IMG/VR virus record: IMGVR_UViG_3300032278_000001
Direction: 5' to 3' (one strand)
From: an uncultured virus (IMG/VR IMGVR_UViG_3300032278_000001)
Taxonomy: Duplodnaviria; Heunggongvirae; Uroviricota; Caudoviricetes
DNA: 20,000 nt
The position numbers and the translations under genes are program-made. Below are positions 1 to 8,785 of the stretch, piece after piece. The notes under the pieces were generated by a model. It was not told the origin of the DNA. It worked only from the letters and a program-made list of their open reading frames with translations, and ran no database searches. Every line of letters begins with the position of its first letter. Position 1 is the first letter of the stretch.

Positions 1-1584
1 AGCACCACTATTATCAATTGGTGGAGCAATATTGTTAAACTGAACACCAAGTAAATATATTATATCTCCTCCTTGATTTAATGCACATGTTGCATGTGTT
101 GTCTCATCAGGCATCTTATGGTGTCTAATAGGCATTCCACATAAACCACCCCATCTTGATGTATTCATAGGATATTGTTCTGTAGATTGCCAATAACCCA
201 TTGAACCTCTAGTTACAATTGTACCTCCATCATCTGTTGGTATACTTAATCCAGCAGCATTAACTCCTGCAGTATTAAAAACTTTAAAAACAGGATCAAC
301 TCCTGTTATATTATTTGGTCCTGCAGCTATAATTGGTGTTATTCCATCTACTGGATTAACCTCAGCTGCACTTCCTGGTCTACCTGGTATATGATATGAT
401 GATGATCTTTCTCCTGTATTGTATATAAATCTAATAAAGAAAGCATATTGTTCATCTCTTAGGAATGTTGGTTTACTTCCTCCGTTAGTATAATAGTCTG
501 CTGAATATGCTGCTGATACCCATTCTGTAACAATATTATTTGCTAAAGGTTGATAATTAAAATCAAATTGTTCTGTTGGCTGTGATCTGATTAAATACTC
601 ATTAACTACAAACATTCCATTTGACTTTTCATATGCAGGAGTTTGCAATGGAAGATATTCAATAGGAAAATCTTTAAGAGAAGAATTTATAGAATCAATA
701 TTTATACTTGTTTGTTCTGTACTGTATAGACCTAATTCTTTTGAAATTATTGAACCTTCAAATCTATATACAACAACTAATCTATAAAAGTCAAATTCAT
801 TTCTATCTAATCCAGTAAGTGTTATATCTAATGAACATTGTGTATTTTCGTGTGTCCATAATGGTTGGATATTAGATATACCAATATAATCACCAATAGT
901 TTGTTCATTAAGTGTATATGCTAAAAATACTTGATAACTACCATTCCTTAAAGATCCTCCTTCAGGTGCTTTAGATAATGTTATACATGGTGTATCAACT
1001 AATGGTGCTAATCTAATTTTTTCACAATCTAATCTTAAAGGAGTATCATCACAATATACTACACAAGGATCATTTGGAAGAGAGCATATGGATTGTTGAT
1101 ATGGTATATCTTGTAAGTTAAGGGTTCTGGAAGGATTTAACATATCATCCCAATATACTTGCCAAGTACAATCAAAGTTTTCTTTAGAAGCACCAATAAT
1201 AAGATTTCTTCTATTGAAGTTCAAACATCTATCATTCACTAATGTTTGATATTCACATTGACTATCGTCAAAAGTTCCTATCTCTGATTCAGTATCATTA
1301 GATAAAAATAAAACCCATTTGTCAGCATAAAGATGTATTGTTCCTATAACAGGATATGGTACCTCTGCACAACTTAAATTTGCAGGTTCATTACCAACAA
1401 CTCCTGTATCACCATCAATTGAGTTATTGATAGCATTAATTGCATGTGACCAGTTTTTATTACCAAGATAAGCAGCATCTGTATCCTTAATCATCCCTTT
1501 AGGGGTTAGATTAGTACTTATATTAGATGTAGTCTGTCCCTTAGCTGCTGAGGATTTACTTTTCTTATTACTTTTTTTAGCCAT
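1..1584 (-). CDS. crAss-like muzzle / tail stabilisation protein (P22 gp10-like), 5' part; runs off the window start
   Basis: Absent from the ORF track because it is truncated. Both ends were translated by hand: ATG at 1584 gives MAKKSNKKSKSSAAKGQTTSNISTNLTPKGMIKDTDAAYLGNKNWSHAINAINNSIDGDTGVVGNEPANL, and near the left edge the same frame reads ...CGMPIRHHKMPDETT...IYLLGVQFNNIAPPIDNSGA. The KGM-x-D...NE start and the IRHHK-x-P motif are what I recall for this family, and the gene lies directly downstream of the ring/tube genes. Confidence 0.75.
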   Translation of the reverse strand, partial: MAKKSNKKSKSSAAKGQTTSNISTNLTPKGMIKDTDAAYLGNKNWSHAINAINNSIDGDTGVVGNEPANLSCAEVPYPVIGTIHLYADKWVLFLSNDTESEIGTFDDSQCEYQTLVNDRCLNFNRRNLIIGASKENFDCTWQVYWDDMLNPSRTLNLQDIPYQQSICSLPNDPCVVYCDDTPLRLDCEKIRLAPLVDTPCITLSKAPEGGSLRNGSYQVFLAYTLNEQTIGDYIGISNIQPLWTHENTQCSLDITLTGLDRNEFDFYRLVVVYRFEGSIISKELGLYSTEQTSINIDSINSSLKDFPIEYLPLQTPAYEKSNGMFVVNEYLIRSQPTEQFDFNYQPLANNIVTEWVSAAYSADYYTNGGSKPTFLRDEQYAFFIRFIYNTGERSSSYHIPGRPGSAAEVNPVDGITPIIAAGPNNITGVDPVFKVFNTAGVNAAGLSIPTDDGGTIVTRGSMGYWQSTEQYPMNTSRWGGLCGMPIRHHKMPDETTHATCALNQGGDIIYLLGVQFNNIAPPIDNSGA

Positions 1585-1590
1585 TACAGG

Positions 1591-2469
1591 TTATCCGTTT
1601 GTGGGTGTACTTTTGAACATGTTATAATAGTTATCATATTGAGCTCTTCTATTAACAGTCCATATTTTTCTCATTTCAGCAAAATCAGGAGTATTAACAA
1701 AACCTAATGCATTATTTCTTGCAGCTCTTAATTTTTGTTCCATAAATTGAAGTTGATTAATTACCTGTTCTCCTGCCATAACCATATTTTCTAATATTCT
1801 TTGTTTTAATGCATATTCATAATATTCATTACAATAAGGATGATCAAGAACAATTAAGTTCCCACCTTCATCTTCCATAGATCCTTGATAACTTATATAA
1901 ATTTTACCTGATGTAAAATTAGTTAATATAAAACCATCTTTGATTTCTGCTGTATCAACAGATTGCATTCTAATATTAGGACAATCACATTCAATACCAA
2001 CACCATCTTTAATACGCAGAGGCATCATATATTCATATTCCCTAAAAGAAGCAGCTCCTATTTTCTGTATAACCATAAATGGTGATTTTGGACAACTTTG
2101 TACAACACATACATCATTACATTCAGGATCTTCACATGGACCAGTATTTCCTGGTTCAGGAATATATTTAGGTTGTGTTGTATCAATGTGTGTTCCACTA
2201 GGTAATGTAGAATTTACAAAGTATGTTCCACATACAGCTCCAAAGTTTAATACATTAAAATCTGTAGGTAATTTACCTTTACTGTTTTCAATATCTATAA
2301 TAGCATGTTTAGTTCTTTGGATTCTAAGACCTAAATCATAATTTACTTTAACTGCAACTTTAATAAGTTGTTGAGGTTCAATCATTCCTTCTAAAGCATA
2401 TGTTCTGAAATCCACAGTAACATCTTCTAGTAGTTGATCAAACGTTCTATATTTATGTGATACGCTCAT
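1591..2469 (-). CDS. crAss-like tail tubular / ring protein (R1/Ttub-like)
   Basis: 292-aa ORF with C-terminal I-x-TNF-x-SGKIYISY...DE-x-GN motif followed by a helix (EYYEYALKQRILEN). It sits immediately upstream of the muzzle gene and its ATG overlaps the upstream stop (TAATG at 2467-2471). Confidence 0.7.
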   Translation of the reverse strand: MSVSHKYRTFDQLLEDVTVDFRTYALEGMIEPQQLIKVAVKVNYDLGLRIQRTKHAIIDIENSKGKLPTDFNVLNFGAVCGTYFVNSTLPSGTHIDTTQPKYIPEPGNTGPCEDPECNDVCVVQSCPKSPFMVIQKIGAASFREYEYMMPLRIKDGVGIECDCPNIRMQSVDTAEIKDGFILTNFTSGKIYISYQGSMEDEGGNLIVLDHPYCNEYYEYALKQRILENMVMAGEQVINQLQFMEQKLRAARNNALGFVNTPDFAEMRKIWTVNRRAQYDNYYNMFKSTPTNG

Positions 2470-3137
2470 TATCTATTTATATTTTGTTTATTATCAGCAT
2501 CCTCTGCTGGAATTTTCAATGTATTCATTAATACATTCATTATCTGTTGTTCAATTTCAGCAAATAAGAATTCAGGAATATATATATTTTGTAAATATCT
2601 AGGGATACAATCATCATCTTTACATGTCCATGTAGAAATGTCTTCTTCAAATATTCCTTCTAATTTTATAGCATCCCATTCAACATTAGGTAAATATATA
2701 TGACCATCAATAAACCAATAATACTTATTATTATTATATTTAAATGTTGTTGTTTTTGTCATTGATACATATGAACCGGGTGAAGTTGGTTGTACCTCCA
2801 CATGTCCATCAATAGAACTTACAGTACGAATTAATGGTCCCCAATAACCTTCCATAAATGTTGGTAACTTATTAATGCTTTTTTTAATAGTACATCCACT
2901 CTTAATACCAACACAATTTGCCTCAATTAGATCTACTTCTTCTAATTCAACAAAGTTCAACGCTTGCCATACACTATTAAATTTCATTAGTTTATTAGAA
3001 TGATCTTGTCTTCTCATATATAATTGTGCATATTTGAGAATGAGACTATAAATATATCTATCAGTCATGAAAGAATCTTGAACTTCTGCTTTAAGTTGAC
3101 CTCTTAGTCTTGATACTGTTTCTCCTATAGTTGTCAT
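2469..3137 (-). CDS. crAss-like tail ring protein (R2-like)
   Basis: 222-aa ORF with N-terminal helix (MTTIGETVSRLR...DRYIYSLI), YYWFIDGHIYLPN...LEGIFE motif and C-terminal P-x-D-x-x-DN. Position fits the crAss tail module. Confidence 0.6.
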   Translation of the reverse strand: MTTIGETVSRLRGQLKAEVQDSFMTDRYIYSLILKYAQLYMRRQDHSNKLMKFNSVWQALNFVELEEVDLIEANCVGIKSGCTIKKSINKLPTFMEGYWGPLIRTVSSIDGHVEVQPTSPGSYVSMTKTTTFKYNNNKYYWFIDGHIYLPNVEWDAIKLEGIFEEDISTWTCKDDDCIPRYLQNIYIPEFLFAEIEQQIMNVLMNTLKIPAEDADNKQNINR

Positions 3138-3138
3138 A

Positions 3139-3663
3139 TTACTTCTTTTTATTTTTATACATATCTGCTACTCTCATCTTACCCTTCATTGTTACATACT
3201 TTTTCCAATTCTTAGGGTATATTTTTGCAACAGCTCTTTTGAATTGTCTTATTGCAATAAATTGCCATAACTCTCTAGTTTTAAACCGGTACTTAGGTGA
3301 ATAGTTTGTATAAAAGATCTTACCAACATTACCATCAGTATCCCAATTTTTATTCTGGATTACCTTACCATATTTCTTAGATAAGGCATAATCCATATTA
3401 ACTTTTTTTGTAGCAGGACAAGTCCCTATAAATAAATAACCTAAAGAATCAGGTAATTCTACCCCATTTCTATTGTTTATAACATTATCCCAAATTTTAC
3501 CATTAAAAGATTTTATAACGTTCTTAAGTTTTGTATCATTAACACTTGAATATGAAGGATGTTTATCCTTAAATTTCATTAGTGTATCACTATTTAATAA
3601 ACTTAAAACCTTTTCTCTATGTCTAGGTTTATTTAAATCTGGTCCTTTAAAGTTATTAATCAT
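3139..3663 (-). CDS. IHF/HU-like basic DNA-binding protein (crAss-type)
   Basis: 174-aa Lys-rich ORF. The segment LKNVIKSFNGKIWDNVINNRNGVELPDSLGYLFIG resembles the HU/IHF helix-strand-LG pattern. IHF-like genes lie next to tail ring genes in crAss-like phages. Confidence 0.6.
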   Translation of the reverse strand: MINNFKGPDLNKPRHREKVLSLLNSDTLMKFKDKHPSYSSVNDTKLKNVIKSFNGKIWDNVINNRNGVELPDSLGYLFIGTCPATKKVNMDYALSKKYGKVIQNKNWDTDGNVGKIFYTNYSPKYRFKTRELWQFIAIRQFKRAVAKIYPKNWKKYVTMKGKMRVADMYKNKKK

Positions 3664-3675
3664 ATTGCTTACATT

Positions 3676-3686
3676 ATAATTTACAA
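3676..3686 (-). promoter_or_regulatory. Recurrent promoter-like motif, copy 1 (TTGTAAATTAT)
   Basis: One mismatch to the 11-mer found in three other intergenic gaps; 12 nt upstream of the ATG at 3663. Confidence 0.5.
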
Positions 3687-3708
3687 AAAATTAGGCAGTT
3701 ATAAAAGT

Positions 3709-4890
3709 TTATTCAGGTGAATATGTTAATTCACATATTTCACCTTTTGTTGGACTATGGAGAGATAATACTCCTGATCTCTTAGATCCTATGAATTTAT
3801 TATGATAATGGTAATAATCTGTACGTGAAAGACTAGGTAAGATCTTAAGCATAAAACCTGTCTTTTCATGTTCAGTTATATATTCTATTTTCTTTTTATG
3901 GTGGTAATGTCCTGTATATAATGTTCTGTATAATGTTTTTCCCCATTGTCTAGGATATTCCATTGAATAAACTAATAATGAATTCTTAGTATTAACATCA
4001 CCATGTTCAAAAGCAAAGAAATTATCTTCATATACAAATACTTTTCTTTCTAAATATATAGTATCCCAGAGAATTGATGGATTATCAAAACACTTAGATA
4101 AAGCATGAGCTAAATGAAATGATGATAATCTATCATGATTACCTGGTATATAGATAACCTGCAATTCATCACAAAACTGTTTAATATAGTTGATACTCCA
4201 CTGTAATGCATCAAAAGCTTGTGTATAAGCCTCTGTAGCTGTCATACAGTTATCTAAAGGTGTTCCAGCAGTGGTAGTCCCACTCCAAGTATCCATGTTG
4301 ATTACATCACCTCCTATGACATAATATAGTTTTTCTAAATGATGAGAATTTGACGCTCTCTGTATTAAATCTTTTATTGTTTCTTCAAAACATTTATCAA
4401 TAGTTTCATTTCCTTCTTTGCCAAAGTGTATATCTTGTAATGATAAAACTCCAGCTGTTTTAATTTTACCTGGAGTTTCTATTCTTTTTACTTCTTTATA
4501 TTTTTTTGGTTTAAAACCTTTTAATAATTCAGCAACATTATCTACTTCATTATCTTTTAATTTAGTAACCATTGCAGATACCCTCCAATGATCACCCATT
4601 TGTTTATTCCAATAGCTAGATAATTTCCATTGAGTTATATCAATATTTAATATCTCAATTATTTCTTCAGGTGATTTTGGTTCTGAAGCACTCATTGCTT
4701 CCATTTTTGCTTCACCTTTCTCTAAATTATACTCATATGATGTTGATGAGTTCTCTAGTAATTCTTGTGATTTCACATAATCCTTTAATTTGTCGTAATC
4801 TTCTACTGTAATATCTAGTTTTTCTGCACAGTAATCAGAAGTTTTTTTCCATTTGAATGATGCCTTAATTTTGCTAAATAATGAGTCCAT
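3709..4890 (-). CDS. Calcineurin-like metallophosphoesterase with N-terminal HTH-like extension
   Basis: All five MPP motifs are present in order: DIHFG, GGDVIN, PGNHD, FEHGD, TGHYHH. The N-terminal CAEKLDITVEDY looks like a helix-turn-helix. Confidence 0.85.
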   Translation of the reverse strand: MDSLFSKIKASFKWKKTSDYCAEKLDITVEDYDKLKDYVKSQELLENSSTSYEYNLEKGEAKMEAMSASEPKSPEEIIEILNIDITQWKLSSYWNKQMGDHWRVSAMVTKLKDNEVDNVAELLKGFKPKKYKEVKRIETPGKIKTAGVLSLQDIHFGKEGNETIDKCFEETIKDLIQRASNSHHLEKLYYVIGGDVINMDTWSGTTTAGTPLDNCMTATEAYTQAFDALQWSINYIKQFCDELQVIYIPGNHDRLSSFHLAHALSKCFDNPSILWDTIYLERKVFVYEDNFFAFEHGDVNTKNSLLVYSMEYPRQWGKTLYRTLYTGHYHHKKKIEYITEHEKTGFMLKILPSLSRTDYYHYHNKFIGSKRSGVLSLHSPTKGEICELTYSPE

Positions 4891-4918
4891 TTATAGTTTT
4901 TTAATGATTAATATGCTG

Positions 4919-4950
4919 CAAAGATATAAAAAAAAATAATATAAAAGAAA
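4919..4950 (-). promoter_or_regulatory. Bacteroidota primary-sigma promoter (-7 TAnnTTTG; imperfect -33)
   Basis: TATCTTTG(CA) at 4926-4919 exactly matches the TAnnTTTG consensus. TTTC (3/4 of TTTG) lies 20 nt upstream at 4950-4947. The box ends 28 nt before the phosphoesterase ATG. Confidence 0.65.
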
Positions 4951-4976
4951 GAGGCCCAGTGTTAACCCTGAGCCTC
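4943..4976 (-). terminator. Rho-independent terminator after the FN3 gene
   Basis: GAGGCTCAG-GGTTAACA-CTGGGCCTC (9-bp stem with one G-U pair) followed by TTTCTTTT on the minus strand. Confidence 0.8.
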
Positions 4977-5025
4977 ATACAATTAAGTTTAGGAAAACCA
5001 ATAAACCTTCACTTTCTTGTTTTCT

Positions 5026-5559
5026 TTATACTGTTAATGTTGTTGCATATATTTCAACTGATTCACATAATCCATTTACTACTCTAAACATATAATCTGT
5101 GTTAGGTGCTAATAATGTTATTTCATGTGAAACTGTTCCAGCAGGTATAGATGATGCTGCAGTAGTCCATCCTCCTGATAGAACTTGTTTATATTGTAGA
5201 TCTACTACAGCTGCAGGAGGTAATCCTGACCATACAACTGTTACTGTTGTTGAAGTAATGGCTGATATATATATAAGTGATGCGGCTGTATCTACACAAG
5301 CTGGATCTTTTATAAATAATGCTATATTTTGTAATATCTCATTTAGTCTTGTTCCTGTTTCAATCATGAATGTGTTTGATCCAACATCAACACTAAATGT
5401 TTCATCACAATATGAAACACATTCTGCACATTGAATATCCTCACATTGTTCTGCTGTTGATTCTCTACAATCACTATATACACATGGTGTAGTTAGTGAA
5501 TGATCTGCACAACCACATTTTAATTTATTACATATACTACTATTACAATGACAACCCAT
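5026..5559 (-). CDS. Cys-rich protein with C-terminal fibronectin type III domain (putative virion decoration/fibre)
   Basis: 177 aa with 11 Cys in the first 51 residues. The C-terminal half has an FN3 pattern: ITSTTVTVVW...LQYK...W...ITLLAPNTDYMFRV. Confidence 0.7.
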   Translation of the reverse strand: MGCHCNSSICNKLKCGCADHSLTTPCVYSDCRESTAEQCEDIQCAECVSYCDETFSVDVGSNTFMIETGTRLNEILQNIALFIKDPACVDTAASLIYISAITSTTVTVVWSGLPPAAVVDLQYKQVLSGGWTTAASSIPAGTVSHEITLLAPNTDYMFRVVNGLCESVEIYATTLTV

Positions 5560-5576
5560 TTTATTTTATTTTATTA

Positions 5577-6758
5577 TTAAACACAAGCTTCACCTCCAGC
5601 ATCACATGTTGTATTACCAGTCCAATGTGGATATGTTGTGCTATATTTTGCAACTATTGTATTTCCACCAGGACATATTGCATACCATTGATCATTTGTA
5701 AGTTCAGTTGTCATAGTAGACTCTAAGTATGCTTTAACATTTGTATCAAATAATATACCACTACTATTCCATATTGCATAACATGCTGCTGCTACATCTC
5801 CTTCTGGTGCTGCTGCTGTACATGCTGCACTACAAGTTGCTCCATTCATATATAATGTTGATGCATCAAGCATTCTATAACTTCCTGAAGATGATGAACA
5901 ACAATTATTTTCAATTACTGCAATACGTGCTTCAAGACTTTGAGAATATTCTCTTAAATCATCTGCCACTGCCCATGCATTAGCAAGACTCTGTCCTGCA
6001 ACTGTTGGATTTGCATCATAAGATGCAGGCCAACTCGCTTTAATAAGTGGTTGTAAGTTTGCTGGTTGTGCACTAACCGCAGTATTCCAAGTTCCAACTT
6101 CTCCAGTTGCAGATCTAAATGTTACATAGTCAGTATCTAATGCATCTAGTAATGTATCAATAGGATATGTTTGACCAGCTGTAACTGCTCCTCCAGCTAA
6201 ATTACCAGCTGCTACTCTTGTTGGAGTTGTATATTCCCCTTGAGCTTCTAATGCTGTTATTCTTTGTTCATTTCCAGTAATTTGTGCTTGTAATAGAGCA
6301 ATCTGATCCTGTATATCACAAATTAATACAGCTAAGAAATTAATATAATCATGCAATGACATTACTTCCTGAGTTGTTTGTTCTCTAAGACATTCAGCTA
6401 CTGTTATCGGACACTTCATTACATCAGAACAATCAAAATCACCATGTCCTGTACTTGTACTTCCTCCTATATTATTAATTATTAATTGAATAAGTTCTTC
6501 TAAGGTAGTAGCTGGTCCACCATCTAAGGTTGTTTGATTTATAACATCTATATCAAAAGCATTAATTGATGCTTCTTCACAACATACTACAAGTTGTTCA
6601 CATAAAGCAGCAATAACATTACTTATAGTATCACCATGGCATACATCAACACATGTTAAATCTGGTCCTTGCCATACAACACAATTAGATGAAATTGCCT
6701 CACATCCACTCATATCATTGGTATTATTATTACTTGCTGAAGAATTACTTGCTATCAT
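5577..6758 (-). CDS. Cys-rich coiled-coil protein, putative trimeric head/tail fibre
   Basis: 393 aa. N-terminal CEAISSNCVVWQGPDLTC-x3-C-x-GDTI module, heptad segments (IQDQIALLQAQITGNEQRITALE; LEARIAVIE), a Ser linker, then a ~100-aa Cys-flanked C-terminal domain. Confidence 0.55.
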   Translation of the reverse strand: MIASNSSASNNNTNDMSGCEAISSNCVVWQGPDLTCVDVCHGDTISNVIAALCEQLVVCCEEASINAFDIDVINQTTLDGGPATTLEELIQLIINNIGGSTSTGHGDFDCSDVMKCPITVAECLREQTTQEVMSLHDYINFLAVLICDIQDQIALLQAQITGNEQRITALEAQGEYTTPTRVAAGNLAGGAVTAGQTYPIDTLLDALDTDYVTFRSATGEVGTWNTAVSAQPANLQPLIKASWPASYDANPTVAGQSLANAWAVADDLREYSQSLEARIAVIENNCCSSSSGSYRMLDASTLYMNGATCSAACTAAAPEGDVAAACYAIWNSSGILFDTNVKAYLESTMTTELTNDQWYAICPGGNTIVAKYSTTYPHWTGNTTCDAGGEACV

Positions 6759-6786
6759 ATTTATTTTAATTATCTAGTATACATTA

Positions 6787-6797
6787 ATAATATACAA
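6787..6797 (-). promoter_or_regulatory. Recurrent promoter-like motif, copy 2 (TTGTATATTAT)
   Basis: Exact 11-mer in the 6759-6847 intergenic gap; CTTG lies 20 nt upstream of TATATTAT. Confidence 0.55.
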
Positions 6798-6847
6798 ATT
6801 ATTAATGATACAACCAAGTTATTTATTTTGTTTATTATCTTTTCATG

Positions 6848-8785
6848 TTATACAAATGTTACACCTGCGTCAATAGTTGGATTCCCACCTCCAGATGTGT
6901 ATGTGGTCTCTGCATATCCACCTACACTTGGATCATCAACAGTAATAGTAGTTAGATTATTAGAAATTGTTTGAAGCTCAGGGTTAGCACCCATGTTAAT
7001 ATTATTTCCATTTGCTATATTAAGGTATGTTAACTGATTTGATTGACAATTCAAAGTAGTTAAAGAAGTACAACTACTTGCATCAATGCTTGTTAATGCA
7101 CAACCATTAACCAGAATACTATCTAAAGCAGGATTATTACTTATATCAATACTTGTCATGTTTGGATTATTAAAAGCCTGTAAAAGAACTAAAGCAGGAT
7201 TATTACTTAGATCTAAGCTTGTGAGTTGATTCTGATAAATTCTCAATTCTTCTAAAAGAGGATTATTGCTTAGATCAATGGTTGTTAAGCTATTAGCATA
7301 AATTTGTAATTCTATTAAATTTACATTCTGACTTACATTAAGAGTGGTAAGATTAATACTGCAGCACACATGTAAATCCTCTAAGGCAGTAAAATCTTGT
7401 AATCCTGTCATGTCTGAAATACCATGTGGATCAGGGGTAGTGATGCCATTACAAACAAATGTAGTTAGAGTATTAATATCAGATGTTAAAACATAACATG
7501 AATTTATATCACCATTATACCACGTAGGTGACTCTGCATTATCTAACCTTTCTCTAAAATTAGCGTCAGGAATATAAGTGTAACCAGATGGTGGATCACA
7601 AGGCTCTAGTGTATTGAATGTTACACCTCCATCAATTATTCCTAATGCTGTTGTCCAAGCACCTGTACAATAGGCAGGATCATCAACTGAAATTTCAGTA
7701 AAACTATTACCTGTGAACTTTAAATTCATATCATTAATAGGTACCATATTCAGATTATTCCCATTTTGAATATTGAGACATAGCATACTATTATTCTCAC
7801 ACCTTGCTTTAGTTAAAAGAATGTTATAGCTTAGATCCAATACCTGAATTTGATTAGAACGGCAATTCAAATCAGTTAAAGCAGGATTATTACTTAAATC
7901 AAGGGTTGTGAGTTGATTACCTTCACAATTCAAAAGCTGGAGAACGGAAAGATTACTTATCCATAGACTTGATAATCCTGAATTAGAATTTACCTTCAGA
8001 TGATAAATTAGAGGATTAGTACTAAAATCAAAACTTGGAATTAAGTTATGGTTAATCTGGAGATTTTCTAATAAAGTATTATTAGTTGTATCCAAACTAG
8101 TGAGATCATTAACACTTGCAATTAGTATTGTTAAAACAGTCTGAACACTTATATCAAGGCTATTCATTCTATTAGTAGTATTCCCAATGACTTGTTCTGC
8201 TACACCTATGTACTCAATTAAAGGATTTTGACTTATATCAACTTCTGTTGTATTATCACCCATGCTTGCAATTTTGTTACCTCTAACTCTAAGCCAAACT
8301 AAAAGAGGACATTGAGTTACGTCAACAGTTGTGAGGTTATTATATGTACATATAAAGTGTTCTAAAAGAGGATTTTGAGTAAAATCAAGAATTGTTAGTA
8401 TACCATAATCTATTCTAACATAACTCAATTCTGGATTACCATTAAAGTCAATCGTAGGAACACTATAGTAGTAATTAAGCACTCCCCTCATTTCAAAGTG
8501 TGTTAATAAACTAAGTGTGTCTATAAAAGAAGTAACACTTGTAAAAGTATTATTCATTCCGGTATCATTACTATTAGCTACAAAAGTAGTTAAACCCACC
8601 ATATCTTGAAGTCCTGTTAAATCAGCAACTCCCTTATCAGTTAAATTTAAAGTTGCAAAATTATCTATCTCAGATGTAAAACAATACTCACCACCTGCTA
8701 CTGTACCTGTTATATCCCACCAACCAGAAACTTGACTAATATTAGTTAAATGAGTTCTAAAATTTTGATCAGGTACCCATGTCAT
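6848..8785 (-). repeat. Two tandem capped leucine-rich-repeat domains within the giant ORF
   Basis: Each starts with a (V/I)PD-x-NFR cap (~8785 and ~7582) and ends with LNI-x-NGNN-x-NM...I-x-VDDP...ID-x-GVTF. The 20-mer taaagcaggattattactta occurs identically at 7124, 7190 and 7877. Confidence 0.85.

Noticed and set aside
5557..5580. Short (TAAAA)n run between the two Cys-rich genes
   Set aside because: Ordinary A-rich translation-initiation spacer in a low-GC genome.
6848..7200. Possible diversity-generating retroelement target at the adhesin C-terminus
   Set aside because: No reverse transcriptase and no adenine-specific TR/VR pair are visible in this window; a remote TR cannot be excluded.
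7124..7896. Identical 20-bp repeats, two of them 66 bp apart, resembling a mini-CRISPR
   Set aside because: They are in-frame LRR codons, non-palindromic and irregularly spaced, and no cas gene or leader is present.
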